20,606 nt of DNA from a bacterium (GCA_043811375.1 JBDRNJ010000067.1:1-20606), one strand, 5' to 3'; shown: positions 8,002 to 16,091, counted from the stretch's first letter. A program made the numbers and translations. The notes: generated from the sequence alone by a model not told the origin.

Positions 8002-8643
8002 CTATTTCCTTACCCGGTTAGTAAATTCATCAGAAAAGCCTTTCTCATTCTCCCTATTGATACCAACAAAATCACCGGCTTGACCAATGCCATCAAGAAT
8101 CGAAAGGTACCAGCAGAAGGAAGCATAAAGGTACAGCCAGGGCGCGCTTTGTACTGCAATCCAGTAAAGAAAAGTCGTCTGGAACATTGATTTATCGGTT
8201 TTCGTGGCGCTAAATCCGGCAGCCGTTAGCAACAGCACTGCAAGAGCGAAAATCCAGATCCATCCATATCCGATAAAAGTACGTTTGATCACGTTAGATA
8301 CCTTTGATAACTTGTTATCGATATGGTCTTCAAGTTCTTTGTAGCGTTCGATGCTGATGTATAATACGGGTGACAGAAAAGATGCTGCATAGACAAACAA
8401 TTCGGCGCTAAAAACGGCCTTCTTAAATTCCAGAAGCAGCTTACTTAACACTGGGTGGCTACCATCCGGAATGCTCGATAAGGTGACGCTCAAAATCACT
8501 GGGGCCGATGAAAATAGCCACAGAATAATGAATTTGGGTAGAGCACTTTTGTGGCTCTGCCATGAGAAGAACACTAAAGATTGAAGAAACGGAATTTTCG
8601 TGACAATAGACGATAAGATCTTCTTGGTTTTTATCCAAGACAT
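8002..8643 (-). CDS. Hypothetical integral membrane protein, about 4 TM helices
   Basis: Four hydrophobic segments (FIILWLFSSAPVILSVTL; LFVYAASFLSPVLYISI; GYGWIWIFALAVLLLTAAGF; FLYWIAVQSAPWLYLYASFCWYLSIL) and a charged C-tail. The start overlaps the last 13 nt of the upstream methyltransferase. Confidence 0.8.
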   Translation of the reverse strand: MSWIKTKKILSSIVTKIPFLQSLVFFSWQSHKSALPKFIILWLFSSAPVILSVTLSSIPDGSHPVLSKLLLEFKKAVFSAELFVYAASFLSPVLYISIERYKELEDHIDNKLSKVSNVIKRTFIGYGWIWIFALAVLLLTAAGFSATKTDKSMFQTTFLYWIAVQSAPWLYLYASFCWYLSILDGIGQAGDFVGINRENEKGFSDEFTNRVRK

Positions 8644-9458
8644 TTGATCACCATCTCATCGTATTTCCCTCGGGCAGATGACTTGCCCGAAATGACACTA
8701 GCTCTGCTCAATGTAATATGCTCACCAATCCCGTAATAAAGCTCTTGAATACATTTGTTACAGGCATTTGTGATTATTAACTTAGCTCCGCGATCCAGCG
8801 CCGACCTCACACAATTGCGGAGACGTATTTGATCTTCCCAGGAGAATAGACTCTCATTGTACTTTATGAAAGCATTGTCGTTGTGTCTGACCGTGTACGG
8901 CGGATCTACAAAAACAAAATCACCAGTTTTGGCCTTACCTAGAATGGTCTCAAAATCTTGTGAGTAAAGCTTGGCATTAGCTAGAAGTGATGCACATTTC
9001 TCAAAATCATCAGTTGAGAGAATCACATTTGTCTTTGTACCGATTGGTACATTAAACTGACCTCTTAGATTTACTCGATATAACCCGTTCCAACATGTTC
9101 TATTCAAGTATATGAATCGTGCGGCCCCACCAGCACTTGATCGAGGTTTTTGTGCTCTTATCTTATAGTAGTATTCTTTTGTGTGACTTCTGTGATGATT
9201 TCTGAGCAATCTCAGCACTTTCTTCCAATCATCACCTATTGCCCGATAGGTATCTATTAATTGCGCATTTGAGTCTGACAAGATCGCGCTTTTGGGGGCT
9301 AGCCTAAAGAATACAGCGCCACTACCGAGAAATGGCTCAATATAGCGCTCAAAGTGAATATTCAAGAGTTCAAGATGATTCTCGACGAGCCACCTCTTAC
9401 CACCTGCCCACTTCAGAAATGGTGGTAGGGGCGTGGTCACGGATTCCTGCACACCCAT
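8631..9458 (-). CDS. Dam-family (D12 class, alpha-group) N6-adenine DNA methyltransferase
   Basis: PFLKWAGGKRWL; YIEPFLGSGAVFF; ARFIYLNRTCWNGLYRVN..GQFNVP; FVFVDPPY. The start is either ATG 9458 or ATG 9473. Target specificity cannot be read from the sequence. Confidence 0.93.
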   Translation of the reverse strand: MGVQESVTTPLPPFLKWAGGKRWLVENHLELLNIHFERYIEPFLGSGAVFFRLAPKSAILSDSNAQLIDTYRAIGDDWKKVLRLLRNHHRSHTKEYYYKIRAQKPRSSAGGAARFIYLNRTCWNGLYRVNLRGQFNVPIGTKTNVILSTDDFEKCASLLANAKLYSQDFETILGKAKTGDFVFVDPPYTVRHNDNAFIKYNESLFSWEDQIRLRNCVRSALDRGAKLIITNACNKCIQELYYGIGEHITLSRASVISGKSSARGKYDEMVIKCLG

Positions 9459-9511
9459 GTTCTTACCATCCAATGGAATCCTGGTGTCTATGGGACTTCC
9501 AATTTAATAAA

Positions 9512-9585
9512 TGGCGGGGGGAGGATTTGAACCTCCGACTTTCAGGTTATGAGCCTGACGAGCTACCAGACTGCTCCACCCCGCT
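9512..9585 (-). tRNA. tRNA-Met(CAT), initiator (fMet) type; CCA not encoded
   Basis: Minus strand AGCGGGGTGGAGCAGTCTGGTAGCTCGTCAGGCTCATAACCTGAAAGTCGGAGGTTCAAATCCTCCCCCCGCCA folds as a cloverleaf with CAT anticodon. The unpaired 1-72 (A/C) and A11:U24 are initiator hallmarks. Confidence 0.95.
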
Positions 9586-9596
9586 GAACAGGTGCC

Positions 9597-9624
9597 AATA
9601 TAGCAGCCGGTGAGGCCGTGTCAA
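9597..9624 (-). promoter_or_regulatory. Sigma70 promoter of the tRNA-fMet gene
   Basis: Minus strand TTGACA (9624-9619), 16 nt, TGc-TATATT (9602-9597, extended -10); 11 nt before tRNA position 1. Confidence 0.7.
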
Positions 9625-9834
9625 GCCCCAAGGTGAAATAGTATCTGATTAATCTGAAACCGCATGGCCAAAACGGAGGTGCCGGCAGGACTTTATCCGG
9701 TCAACGGTGAATCCGGGTGTGAAATGTAAGTTGCTGCCATTAAATATGTTGACGCTCTTGTCGATAAAAAGATTGAGTGGCCGGTCGGTGTCGGAAGCAG
9801 TGTTGAATAATCCCATATTTTTTTTCCGATACTG

Positions 9835-9862
9835 TTGACAACCAGCGACTTTTACATATAAT
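9835..9862 (+). promoter_or_regulatory. Consensus sigma70 promoter of the rplM operon
   Basis: TTGACA (9835-9840), 16 nt, TATAAT (9857-9862); SD AAGGAG before ATG 9907. Confidence 0.8.
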
Positions 9863-9906
9863 GTAAGTCTGTTTTTGACTGAACAAATACGGTTTGAAGG
9901 AGTAGG

Positions 9907-10341
9907 ATGAGAACTTTTGTGCCGAAGGTTGATCCCGGTGGCCGCAAGTGGTGGTTGGTGGATTTAAACGATGTGATCCTTGGCCGGGCTGCCGTTAAGG
10001 TGGCCAATAAAATACGTGGCAAGGACAAACCTATCTTTACGCCCCACCTTGACACCGGCGATCATATCGTAGCCGTTAACGCTCGCGGACTGCGGTGGAC
10101 GGGTAAAAACAAATCGGCTCAAACGAAGTATTATCGCTACTCGGGATACCCCGGAGGACTGCGTGAAACCAGTCTGGCGGAATTGATGGAGAACCGACCG
10201 CAGGAAGTTTTCCGCCTGGCGGTCAGACGGATGTTGCCGAAGAACCGGCTGGGTCGCAAGATGCTGAAGAAGCTTCACGTTTATGCCGACGGCACTCATC
10301 CTCACCGGTCTCAGAAACTACAAGAATTGAAACTCAGTTGA
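9907..10341 (+). CDS. rplM: 50S ribosomal protein L13
   Basis: KWWLVD...LGR...[42 protein letters not shown]. Confidence 0.97.
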   Translation: MRTFVPKVDPGGRKWWLVDLNDVILGRAAVKVANKIRGKDKPIFTPHLDTGDHIVAVNARGLRWTGKNKSAQTKYYRYSGYPGGLRETSLAELMENRPQEVFRLAVRRMLPKNRLGRKMLKKLHVYADGTHPHRSQKLQELKLS

Positions 10342-10354
10342 ATATTTGAGGATT

Positions 10355-10747
10355 ATGGAAAAAGAGGTCTATAGCGCCACCGGTCGTCGCAAGGAATCAG
10401 TGGCTCGTGCAGTAATGACTCCCGGCGAGGGGAAATTCACCGTTAATGGCCGCAATATCCGCGACTATCTGACTCGTGATTCATTGGTTGAGCATGCTCA
10501 GAAAGCACTGGTCGTAACTGAAACTGCGGGCACTGTTGATATTCAGTGCCGGGTGAGTGGCGGCGGCAATACCGGTCAGTCGGGTGCTGTACGGTTGGCG
10601 GTGAGCCGGGCTCTGCTTCTGATGAATCCCGACCACAAGCAAGTACTGCGCAAGAGTGGTTTACTTACACGTGACGCCCGCGAGGTCGAACGCAAAAAGT
10701 ACGGTCAACCCAAAGCGCGTAAGCGCTTCCAGTACTCCAAGCGTTAG
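10355..10747 (+). CDS. rpsI: 30S ribosomal protein S9
   Basis: [51 protein letters not shown] 10355 follows GAGG. Confidence 0.97.
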   Translation: MEKEVYSATGRRKESVARAVMTPGEGKFTVNGRNIRDYLTRDSLVEHAQKALVVTETAGTVDIQCRVSGGGNTGQSGAVRLAVSRALLLMNPDHKQVLRKSGLLTRDAREVERKKYGQPKARKRFQYSKR

Positions 10748-10761
10748 ACCGAAAAGTAACA

Positions 10762-10782
10762 TCCCTCCCTACACCGGAGGGA
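10762..10782 (+). terminator. Hairpin after rpsI (possible terminator or processing stem)
   Basis: TCCCTCC / GGAGGGA 7-bp stem with a 7-nt loop; no U tract on the + strand. Confidence 0.35.
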
Positions 10783-10791
10783 AATAGTCAA

Positions 10792-10862
10792 TCCCGGTTG
10801 ACCTGCCCGGAGGTCCGGTATCGCCGGTCCGGTCGGGGTCGATGCCGGGGTGAAGAACAACC
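10792..10862 (+). ncRNA. Putative rpsB 5' leader (S2 autoregulatory, t44-like) structured RNA
   Basis: Long GC-rich imperfect stem (CCCGGTTGACC...GGTCGATGCCGGG) with an internal CCGG/CCGG hairpin. It ends in GTGAAGAACAACC just before the rpsB SD, the position where rpsB leaders occur. Confidence 0.5.
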
Positions 10863-10880
10863 TATCATTTGAGGAAACCT

Positions 10881-11651
10881 ATGGTTTCTCCCCAGGTAAA
10901 GGAATTATTGGAAGCGGGGGTTCATTTTGGTCATCAGACCCGTCGCTGGAACCCCAAGATGAAACCATTCATTTTTGCCGCTCGCAACGGCATTTACATC
11001 ATTGACCTGCAAAAGACGCTCAACGCGCTGGAAAAGGCCAAGATGAAGGTTCGCGAGATTGTCGGTCGCGGCAAGCCTATTCTGTTCGTGGGAACCAAGA
11101 AGCAGGCCAAGGAAGTCATCGTCGGAGAAGCTGCCCGGTGCGACGGCTTTTATGTTACCGAGAGATGGTTGGGCGGCATGTTGACCAACTTCAACACTAT
11201 CAAAAACTCCATCAAGAAGCTCAAAGACATTGAGCAGATGAAGATTGATGGTACGCTGGAGAAGTTTACCAAAAAAGAGCGGTCGCGCATCGAGCATGAG
11301 GCGGAGAAGCTACAAAAGGTTCTCGGTGGTATCAAAGAAATGAACTACCTGCCCGGCCTGGTAATAATCGTCGATGCTCGCAAGGAGAAAATCGCCGTGG
11401 CGGAGGCGTCCAAACTCGGCATTCCCATTATTGCCATCATCGACACCAATGCCGACCCCGATCCGATTGATTTCCCGATTGCCGCCAACGATGACGCCAT
11501 CAAGTCGATACGGATTCTTATCCGCTCGCTGGTCGACGCCGCCGCTGAGGCCCGGACCGGACTGGCTATGGAGATGGTCGCCACTGAAACCAAGGCAGAA
11601 CAAAAGGTACCGCAGACTTATACTTCGAATAAACCCGACGAAAAAAAATAG
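10881..11651 (+). CDS. rpsB: 30S ribosomal protein S2
   Basis: [56 protein letters not shown] 10881 follows GAGGA. Confidence 0.97.
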   Translation: MVSPQVKELLEAGVHFGHQTRRWNPKMKPFIFAARNGIYIIDLQKTLNALEKAKMKVREIVGRGKPILFVGTKKQAKEVIVGEAARCDGFYVTERWLGGMLTNFNTIKNSIKKLKDIEQMKIDGTLEKFTKKERSRIEHEAEKLQKVLGGIKEMNYLPGLVIIVDARKEKIAVAEASKLGIPIIAIIDTNADPDPIDFPIAANDDAIKSIRILIRSLVDAAAEARTGLAMEMVATETKAEQKVPQTYTSNKPDEKK

Positions 11652-11668
11652 TTGAGAAGGTAACAGCG

Positions 11669-12262
11669 ATGGAAATAACAGCCAAACTGGTCAAGGAGCT
11701 TCGTGAGAAAACCGGGGCCGGCATGATGGACTGCAAAAAAGCTTTGGTCGAAACCGATGGTAACGCCGAGAAGGCGATCTCGGTACTTCGGGAGAAGGGT
11801 ATCGCCAAAGCCACCTCCAAGGTCGGCCGAACCACCGCCGAGGGTGTCATCGCCACATACGTGCATACCGGTGACAAGCTCGGGGTGATGGTGGAAGTCG
11901 ACTGCGAGACGGATTTCGTCGCCCGAACCGACAAGTTCAAGGCTTTCGCCCGCGATATCGCTATGCATATCGCCGCCAGTTCACCGCTTTGCCTGAGCCG
12001 CGAAGATCTGGACGCTGCTGTGATTGAAAAAGAACGCGAGATATATCGTCAGCAGGCTCTTAACGAGGGTAAACCGGAGAAAATAGTCGATAAAATCGTC
12101 GACGGACGCTTAGAGAAGTTCTACTCGGAGGTAGCCCTGCTGGAACAACCTTACGTAAAAGACAGCGATCGAACCCTGGGGGACTTTGTCAAGGATATGG
12201 TGGCCGGATTGGGCGAGAATATCAATATCCGTCGGTTTGCCCGGTTCCGTCTTGGTGAATGA
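11669..12262 (+). CDS. tsf: Translation elongation factor Ts (short, about 197-aa form)
   Basis: [58 protein letters not shown]. Confidence 0.97.
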   Translation: MEITAKLVKELREKTGAGMMDCKKALVETDGNAEKAISVLREKGIAKATSKVGRTTAEGVIATYVHTGDKLGVMVEVDCETDFVARTDKFKAFARDIAMHIAASSPLCLSREDLDAAVIEKEREIYRQQALNEGKPEKIVDKIVDGRLEKFYSEVALLEQPYVKDSDRTLGDFVKDMVAGLGENINIRRFARFRLGE

Positions 12263-12989
12263 CGTGGAATCTGAAGGCGACGTTCCGGCATTCAAGAGAA
12301 TCCTGATCAAGATTTCCGGGGAGGCTCTTATGGGGGACGGTGAGTTCGGGTTGGACTCAGCCACCCTGGAATCGCTGTGTCACCAGATTCGTGAAATCAA
12401 ACAACTGGGGGTCGAAGTCGGCATTGTTGTCGGCGGAGGAAATATCTTTCGCGGCCTGGCCGCCAGCGAGAGAGGTATGGACCGGGTCACGGCCGACAAT
12501 ATGGGTATGCTGGCCACGGTCATCAATGCCCTGGCCATGATGGACACGCTGGAAAAACAGGGGATCTATACCCGGGTCATGTCGGCAGTCACCCTGAGAG
12601 CTTTTGCCGAACCCTACATACGCCGTCGGGCGGTGCGTCATCTGGAAAAAGGGCGAGTGGTGATTTTTGCCACCGGCACCGGACATCCGTATTTCAGCAC
12701 TGATACCGCCGCTTCGTTGCGGGCTATCGAAATCGGCGCTGAGGTGATCATCAAGGCTACCAATGTCGATGGCGTCTATTCGGCTGATCCCAGGAAACAC
12801 GACGATGCCGAATTCTATCACCGGTTGAATTATATGGATGTCCTGACCAAAGAATTGAAAGTAATGGATTCGACCGCGATCTCTCTTCTGATGGATACCA
12901 ATATCCCCGTGCGGGTGGTTAATCTCAACCAGCCGGGTAATCTGAAACGGGTGGTCCTGGGAGAAGATATCGGGACTCTGATAACATGA
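12255..12989 (+). CDS. pyrH: UMP kinase
   Basis: [59 protein letters not shown]. The start is probably GTG 12255 or 12264, not 12186. Confidence 0.95.
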   Translation: MNDVESEGDVPAFKRILIKISGEALMGDGEFGLDSATLESLCHQIREIKQLGVEVGIVVGGGNIFRGLAASERGMDRVTADNMGMLATVINALAMMDTLEKQGIYTRVMSAVTLRAFAEPYIRRRAVRHLEKGRVVIFATGTGHPYFSTDTAASLRAIEIGAEVIIKATNVDGVYSADPRKHDDAEFYHRLNYMDVLTKELKVMDSTAISLLMDTNIPVRVVNLNQPGNLKRVVLGEDIGTLIT

Positions 12990-13026
12990 CTCAATAGTCT
13001 CGGCCAATATCAGGAGGATCGAAAAT

Positions 13027-13584
13027 ATGCTGCCAGAGTTGCACAAGGAAGCTGAAGAAAGGATGGGCAAAACTCTCGATGCGATGGCGCGGGAGTTCTC
13101 GACGGTGCGCACCGGTAAAGCCTCGCCACAGGTGCTGGATTCAGTCAAGGTTGAGGTGTATGGTACCACTATGCCTCTTAACCAGGTCGCCACGGTGACC
13201 GTGCCGGAACCTCGTCTGCTGGTAGTTCAGGCCTTTGACAAGGCGACGGTTGGTGACATCGTCAAGGCGATACAGAAAGCCGATCTGGGGTTCAATCCGC
13301 AGGCTGACGGACAAATTATCCGCCTGCCGATTCCGGCACTCAACGAAGAGCGGCGCAAGGAACTGGCTCGGCACTGCAAGAACATCGCCGAAGAGGGTCG
13401 GGTTGCTATTCGCAATATCCGCCGCGACATCAACGAGCGCATCAAGAAGGCTCAGAAAGACAAAGAAATTTCCGAGGACCAGCAGGCTGACGATCTGGAA
13501 AAATCCCAGCAACTCACCAACGATCATATCAAGAAAATCGATGAGTTACTGGCCAAAAAAGAAAAGGAAGTCATGGAAGTGTGA
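13027..13584 (+). CDS. frr: Ribosome recycling factor
   Basis: RTGKASP..LD.V.V.YG; LNQVA; PALNEERRKEL; RVAIRNIRRD; KEKEVMEV. SD AGGAGG. Confidence 0.97.
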   Translation: MLPELHKEAEERMGKTLDAMAREFSTVRTGKASPQVLDSVKVEVYGTTMPLNQVATVTVPEPRLLVVQAFDKATVGDIVKAIQKADLGFNPQADGQIIRLPIPALNEERRKELARHCKNIAEEGRVAIRNIRRDINERIKKAQKDKEISEDQQADDLEKSQQLTNDHIKKIDELLAKKEKEVMEV

Positions 13585-13610
13585 CCTCCCGGCACTAAAC
13601 GAATCTCACG

Positions 13611-13641
13611 GCCCGGGCCGGACGGCTCGGGCTTCTTCTTT
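13611..13641 (+). terminator. Rho-independent terminator of the rpsB-tsf-pyrH-frr transcript
   Basis: GCCCGGGCC-GGAC-GGCTCGGGC stem-loop followed by TTCTTCTTT. Confidence 0.75.
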
Positions 13642-13743
13642 GGAACCGACGTAATCGTCATCACCCGATCCTCTCCCCCGTTGCGGACACACGGCACTGT
13701 AAATATGCCTTTTGGTTTGGTGGTGGTTGCCTATATTGACGGT

Positions 13744-14466
13744 ATGGCGCTCTATATTTTTTCCGATGCTCACCTCGGGGCCGACCCGCCGGAGAAAGAA
13801 ACAATCAAAGTCTCAAAAATCGCCGCGTTGTTTGAGTTGGTCAAAGCCGACGGCGACCGGCTGGTGATTCTGGGCGACCTGTTTGATTTCTGGTTTGAGT
13901 ACCGGCACGCCATCCCCAAGGACCACCACGACGTGCTGTTCATGTTGTCCGACCTGGTCCGGCGCGGGGTGAAGATCGACTACGTCAGCGGCAATCACGA
14001 TTTCTGGATGGGCGACTTTTTTGCCCGGCAGATGGGTATCACGCTGCACCGCGACGCACTGGACCTGGAGTACGACGGCAAGCGCCTGCATCTCATTCAC
14101 GGCGACGGTCTGGCCGGAGCCGACCGGGGTTATCGCCTGCTGAAGCGGATACTGCGCAACCGGGTCAACATCTGGCTTTATCGCAAGCTCCCCCCCGACT
14201 GGGCGATGCCATTAGCCAAACGAGTCTCCGGCTCATCGCGCAAGTACACTTCGCGACGTGACCAGACGTTCGCCGCCGACTACGAGATGTATGCCAAAGA
14301 GAGGCTGACGTCTTCGGGTTATGATATCGTAGCCATCGGTCATCTGCATATCCCGGTGATGAAATCATTCGGCGGCCGGGTGTATATCAACACCGGTGAT
14401 TTCATCGAGCATTTCACCTACGCCAAACTGGCCGGCGGGGAGATCAGGCTGGAGAGCGTTAGGTGA
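13744..14466 (+). CDS. lpxH: UDP-2,3-diacylglucosamine diphosphatase-like metallophosphoesterase (LpxH family)
   Basis: FSDAHLG; LGDLFDFWFEY; GNHDFW; HGDG; GHLH; NTGDF. The start MALYIF is at 13744, 6 nt after TATATT (13732-13737). Confidence 0.8.
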   Translation: MALYIFSDAHLGADPPEKETIKVSKIAALFELVKADGDRLVILGDLFDFWFEYRHAIPKDHHDVLFMLSDLVRRGVKIDYVSGNHDFWMGDFFARQMGITLHRDALDLEYDGKRLHLIHGDGLAGADRGYRLLKRILRNRVNIWLYRKLPPDWAMPLAKRVSGSSRKYTSRRDQTFAADYEMYAKERLTSSGYDIVAIGHLHIPVMKSFGGRVYINTGDFIEHFTYAKLAGGEIRLESVR

Positions 14467-14601
14467 GTGAGGCCTTGAGGTTGAAATGTTGTTGGTCCCG
14501 TTAGATCATTACACATGAACGGGGCTGCCCCCATAGCGATAATGGCGGCTGGTACTTAACGAGTGAACATCTTTGTCTGAAACTGATGCTCGCGATCCCC
14601 C

Positions 14602-15006
14602 CTACTTCTTCCCCAACTCTTTTTTTGCCGCGGCGATGAGGTCGCCGGTTTCGATGATGGTCTGCATGAACGGCGGATAAGGAGCACATGTCGTTTCGCC
14701 GCCGGAATGAAAAATCCTGCCCTGATCAAGATCAATCCGGATGGAGTCGGCATCACCCGGAATGTCGGCAATCACCGCCGCCAGACCCTGGTTGATAGCC
14801 TGACGGTAGAACGAGCGATCAAAACCGGGCGCCACGACCGCCCTGACACCGGCCGCTTTGAGTTTTTGAATCATCTGCTCCGCTGCCCGTCCACAACTAA
14901 AATGCCCCGGACAGATCAGTATTTCCGCCTTGATTTTGTCCGGAAGTGATACGACGGTGTCGACCTCGTGGTCCAGTCTGAATATCCTGCCGGTGATTTC
15001 TTTCAT
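14602..15006 (-). CDS. Degenerate LeuD/HacB-like (aconitase swivel domain) small subunit
   Basis: ITGRIFRL..VDT; FSCG; LKAAGVRAVVA.GF.R.FYRQAINQGL; IDL..G.I; PPFMQTII..G.L. It lacks the GSSRE motif (GRAAEQ instead) and the N-terminal substrate loop. SD GAGGA. Confidence 0.7.
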   Translation of the reverse strand: MKEITGRIFRLDHEVDTVVSLPDKIKAEILICPGHFSCGRAAEQMIQKLKAAGVRAVVAPGFDRSFYRQAINQGLAAVIADIPGDADSIRIDLDQGRIFHSGGETTCAPYPPFMQTIIETGDLIAAAKKELGKK

Positions 15007-15019
15007 ATTTCCTCAACAG

Positions 15020-16021
15020 TCATCGTGACGCTACGTTAGTGAGATCGTTACCAGGTCGTGCCGATACCGGCTCAATGGGCAGGGCAGCTTCGACTGCGCC
15101 CAGTTCCTGCTCGAACGGATGACCCGCCTGCCAACCGGTCCGGCCGGTGCTGCGGTGGTGTTCCAGCCGACGAACGGTTATCTCCGCAAAGACAGGGTCA
15201 ATGTCAAACGTAAGGCACTGTCGGCCGGTTCGTTCGCAGGCGAGAAGTGTGGTGCCGGAGTGTGCAAAGAAGTCGGTCACCAGGTCGCCCTCAACGGAGG
15301 AGGCCAGCACGATACGCTCGATCGCCGCTAACGGTTTCTGGGCGTAGCAGCCATTGACGTTTTCCCAGCGGCGATAAAACACCTGCTGGATATCCACCCA
15401 GACGTTTCCGGCCCGGATAGTATCCGACCGGCTGCGTTGCAGGTTTTCGGTACGTTGTCCGGCCACCTGCTTGTAATAGCCGCGCAGAACTTTGGGGATA
15501 TCGGTATACTGCACGGCAAAAAGTGGCTTGCCACGCGTGTAGTAGAGCAATTCCTGCCGGATCGCCATCCAGTTTTTCTGGGTGCCGTAGCCGCGCTGGT
15601 TGCGCAGGGTGATAAATGACCGAGACTCAAAACCGGTTGCAGCCATCATGGTCATGAATTGCGGCAGCGGCTGAAAGTGATCCTTCTGATCGGCTCCCAG
15701 CCAGACATACAGGGAACAGTCGTCCGAAAGTACATCCGAGCAACAGTCGATCCAGCCACGGCACCAGGCAATATACTCCGGCACCGTCTTTTTCTCGAAC
15801 ATTACCAGATTATATGGCGGATCCAAAACAGCCAGGGTCGCCTTCCGGCTGTTGAAAGCGCGGCGGACAAACGCCGGATCAGCGCCATCGCCACAGCCGA
15901 TAACGTGACCGGCATGGGGATCATGCCAAATATCACCCGGTTTGAGGCGGCAGTGAGGAATTAGTCGCGCCCGGATTTCGTCGGCATCGACATCCAGTCT
16001 TGGCAAACGTGCAACTCGCAT
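15020..16021 (-). CDS. Orphan site-specific DNA methyltransferase, N6/N4 family (beta-class motif order)
   Basis: DPPYN (motif IV) precedes QKP..IERI..SS..GDLV.DFFAHSGTTL (motif I); N-terminal PGDIW...H.IGCGD. Confidence 0.88.
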   Translation of the reverse strand: MRVARLPRLDVDADEIRARLIPHCRLKPGDIWHDPHAGHVIGCGDGADPAFVRRAFNSRKATLAVLDPPYNLVMFEKKTVPEYIAWCRGWIDCCSDVLSDDCSLYVWLGADQKDHFQPLPQFMTMMAATGFESRSFITLRNQRGYGTQKNWMAIRQELLYYTRGKPLFAVQYTDIPKVLRGYYKQVAGQRTENLQRSRSDTIRAGNVWVDIQQVFYRRWENVNGCYAQKPLAAIERIVLASSVEGDLVTDFFAHSGTTLLACERTGRQCLTFDIDPVFAEITVRRLEHHRSTGRTGWQAGHPFEQELGAVEAALPIEPVSARPGNDLTNVASR

Positions 16022-16091
16022 ACCGACATAAACAATCAGGTCGTATACCGGTGAGCAACAAAAACAGTTATCGGTTATTATCTGAATGGAA

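Noticed and set aside
9724..9754. dif/Xer-like site (…ATATGTTGACG resembling the XerD arm)
   Set aside because: Only a partial match to one arm and no XerC arm.
12357..13193. 278-aa antisense ORF, plus the other ORFs overlapping assigned genes (e.g. 2105-2614, 2887-3321, 13235-13654, 17132-17665, 17214-17771)
   Set aside because: Shadow frames of well-supported genes in GC-rich DNA, with no recognisable motifs.
14467..14601. Possible ncRNA between convergent lpxH-like and leuD-like genes (several short stems)
   Set aside because: The stems are short and imperfect and no family motif is recognisable; compatible with chance or weak terminators.
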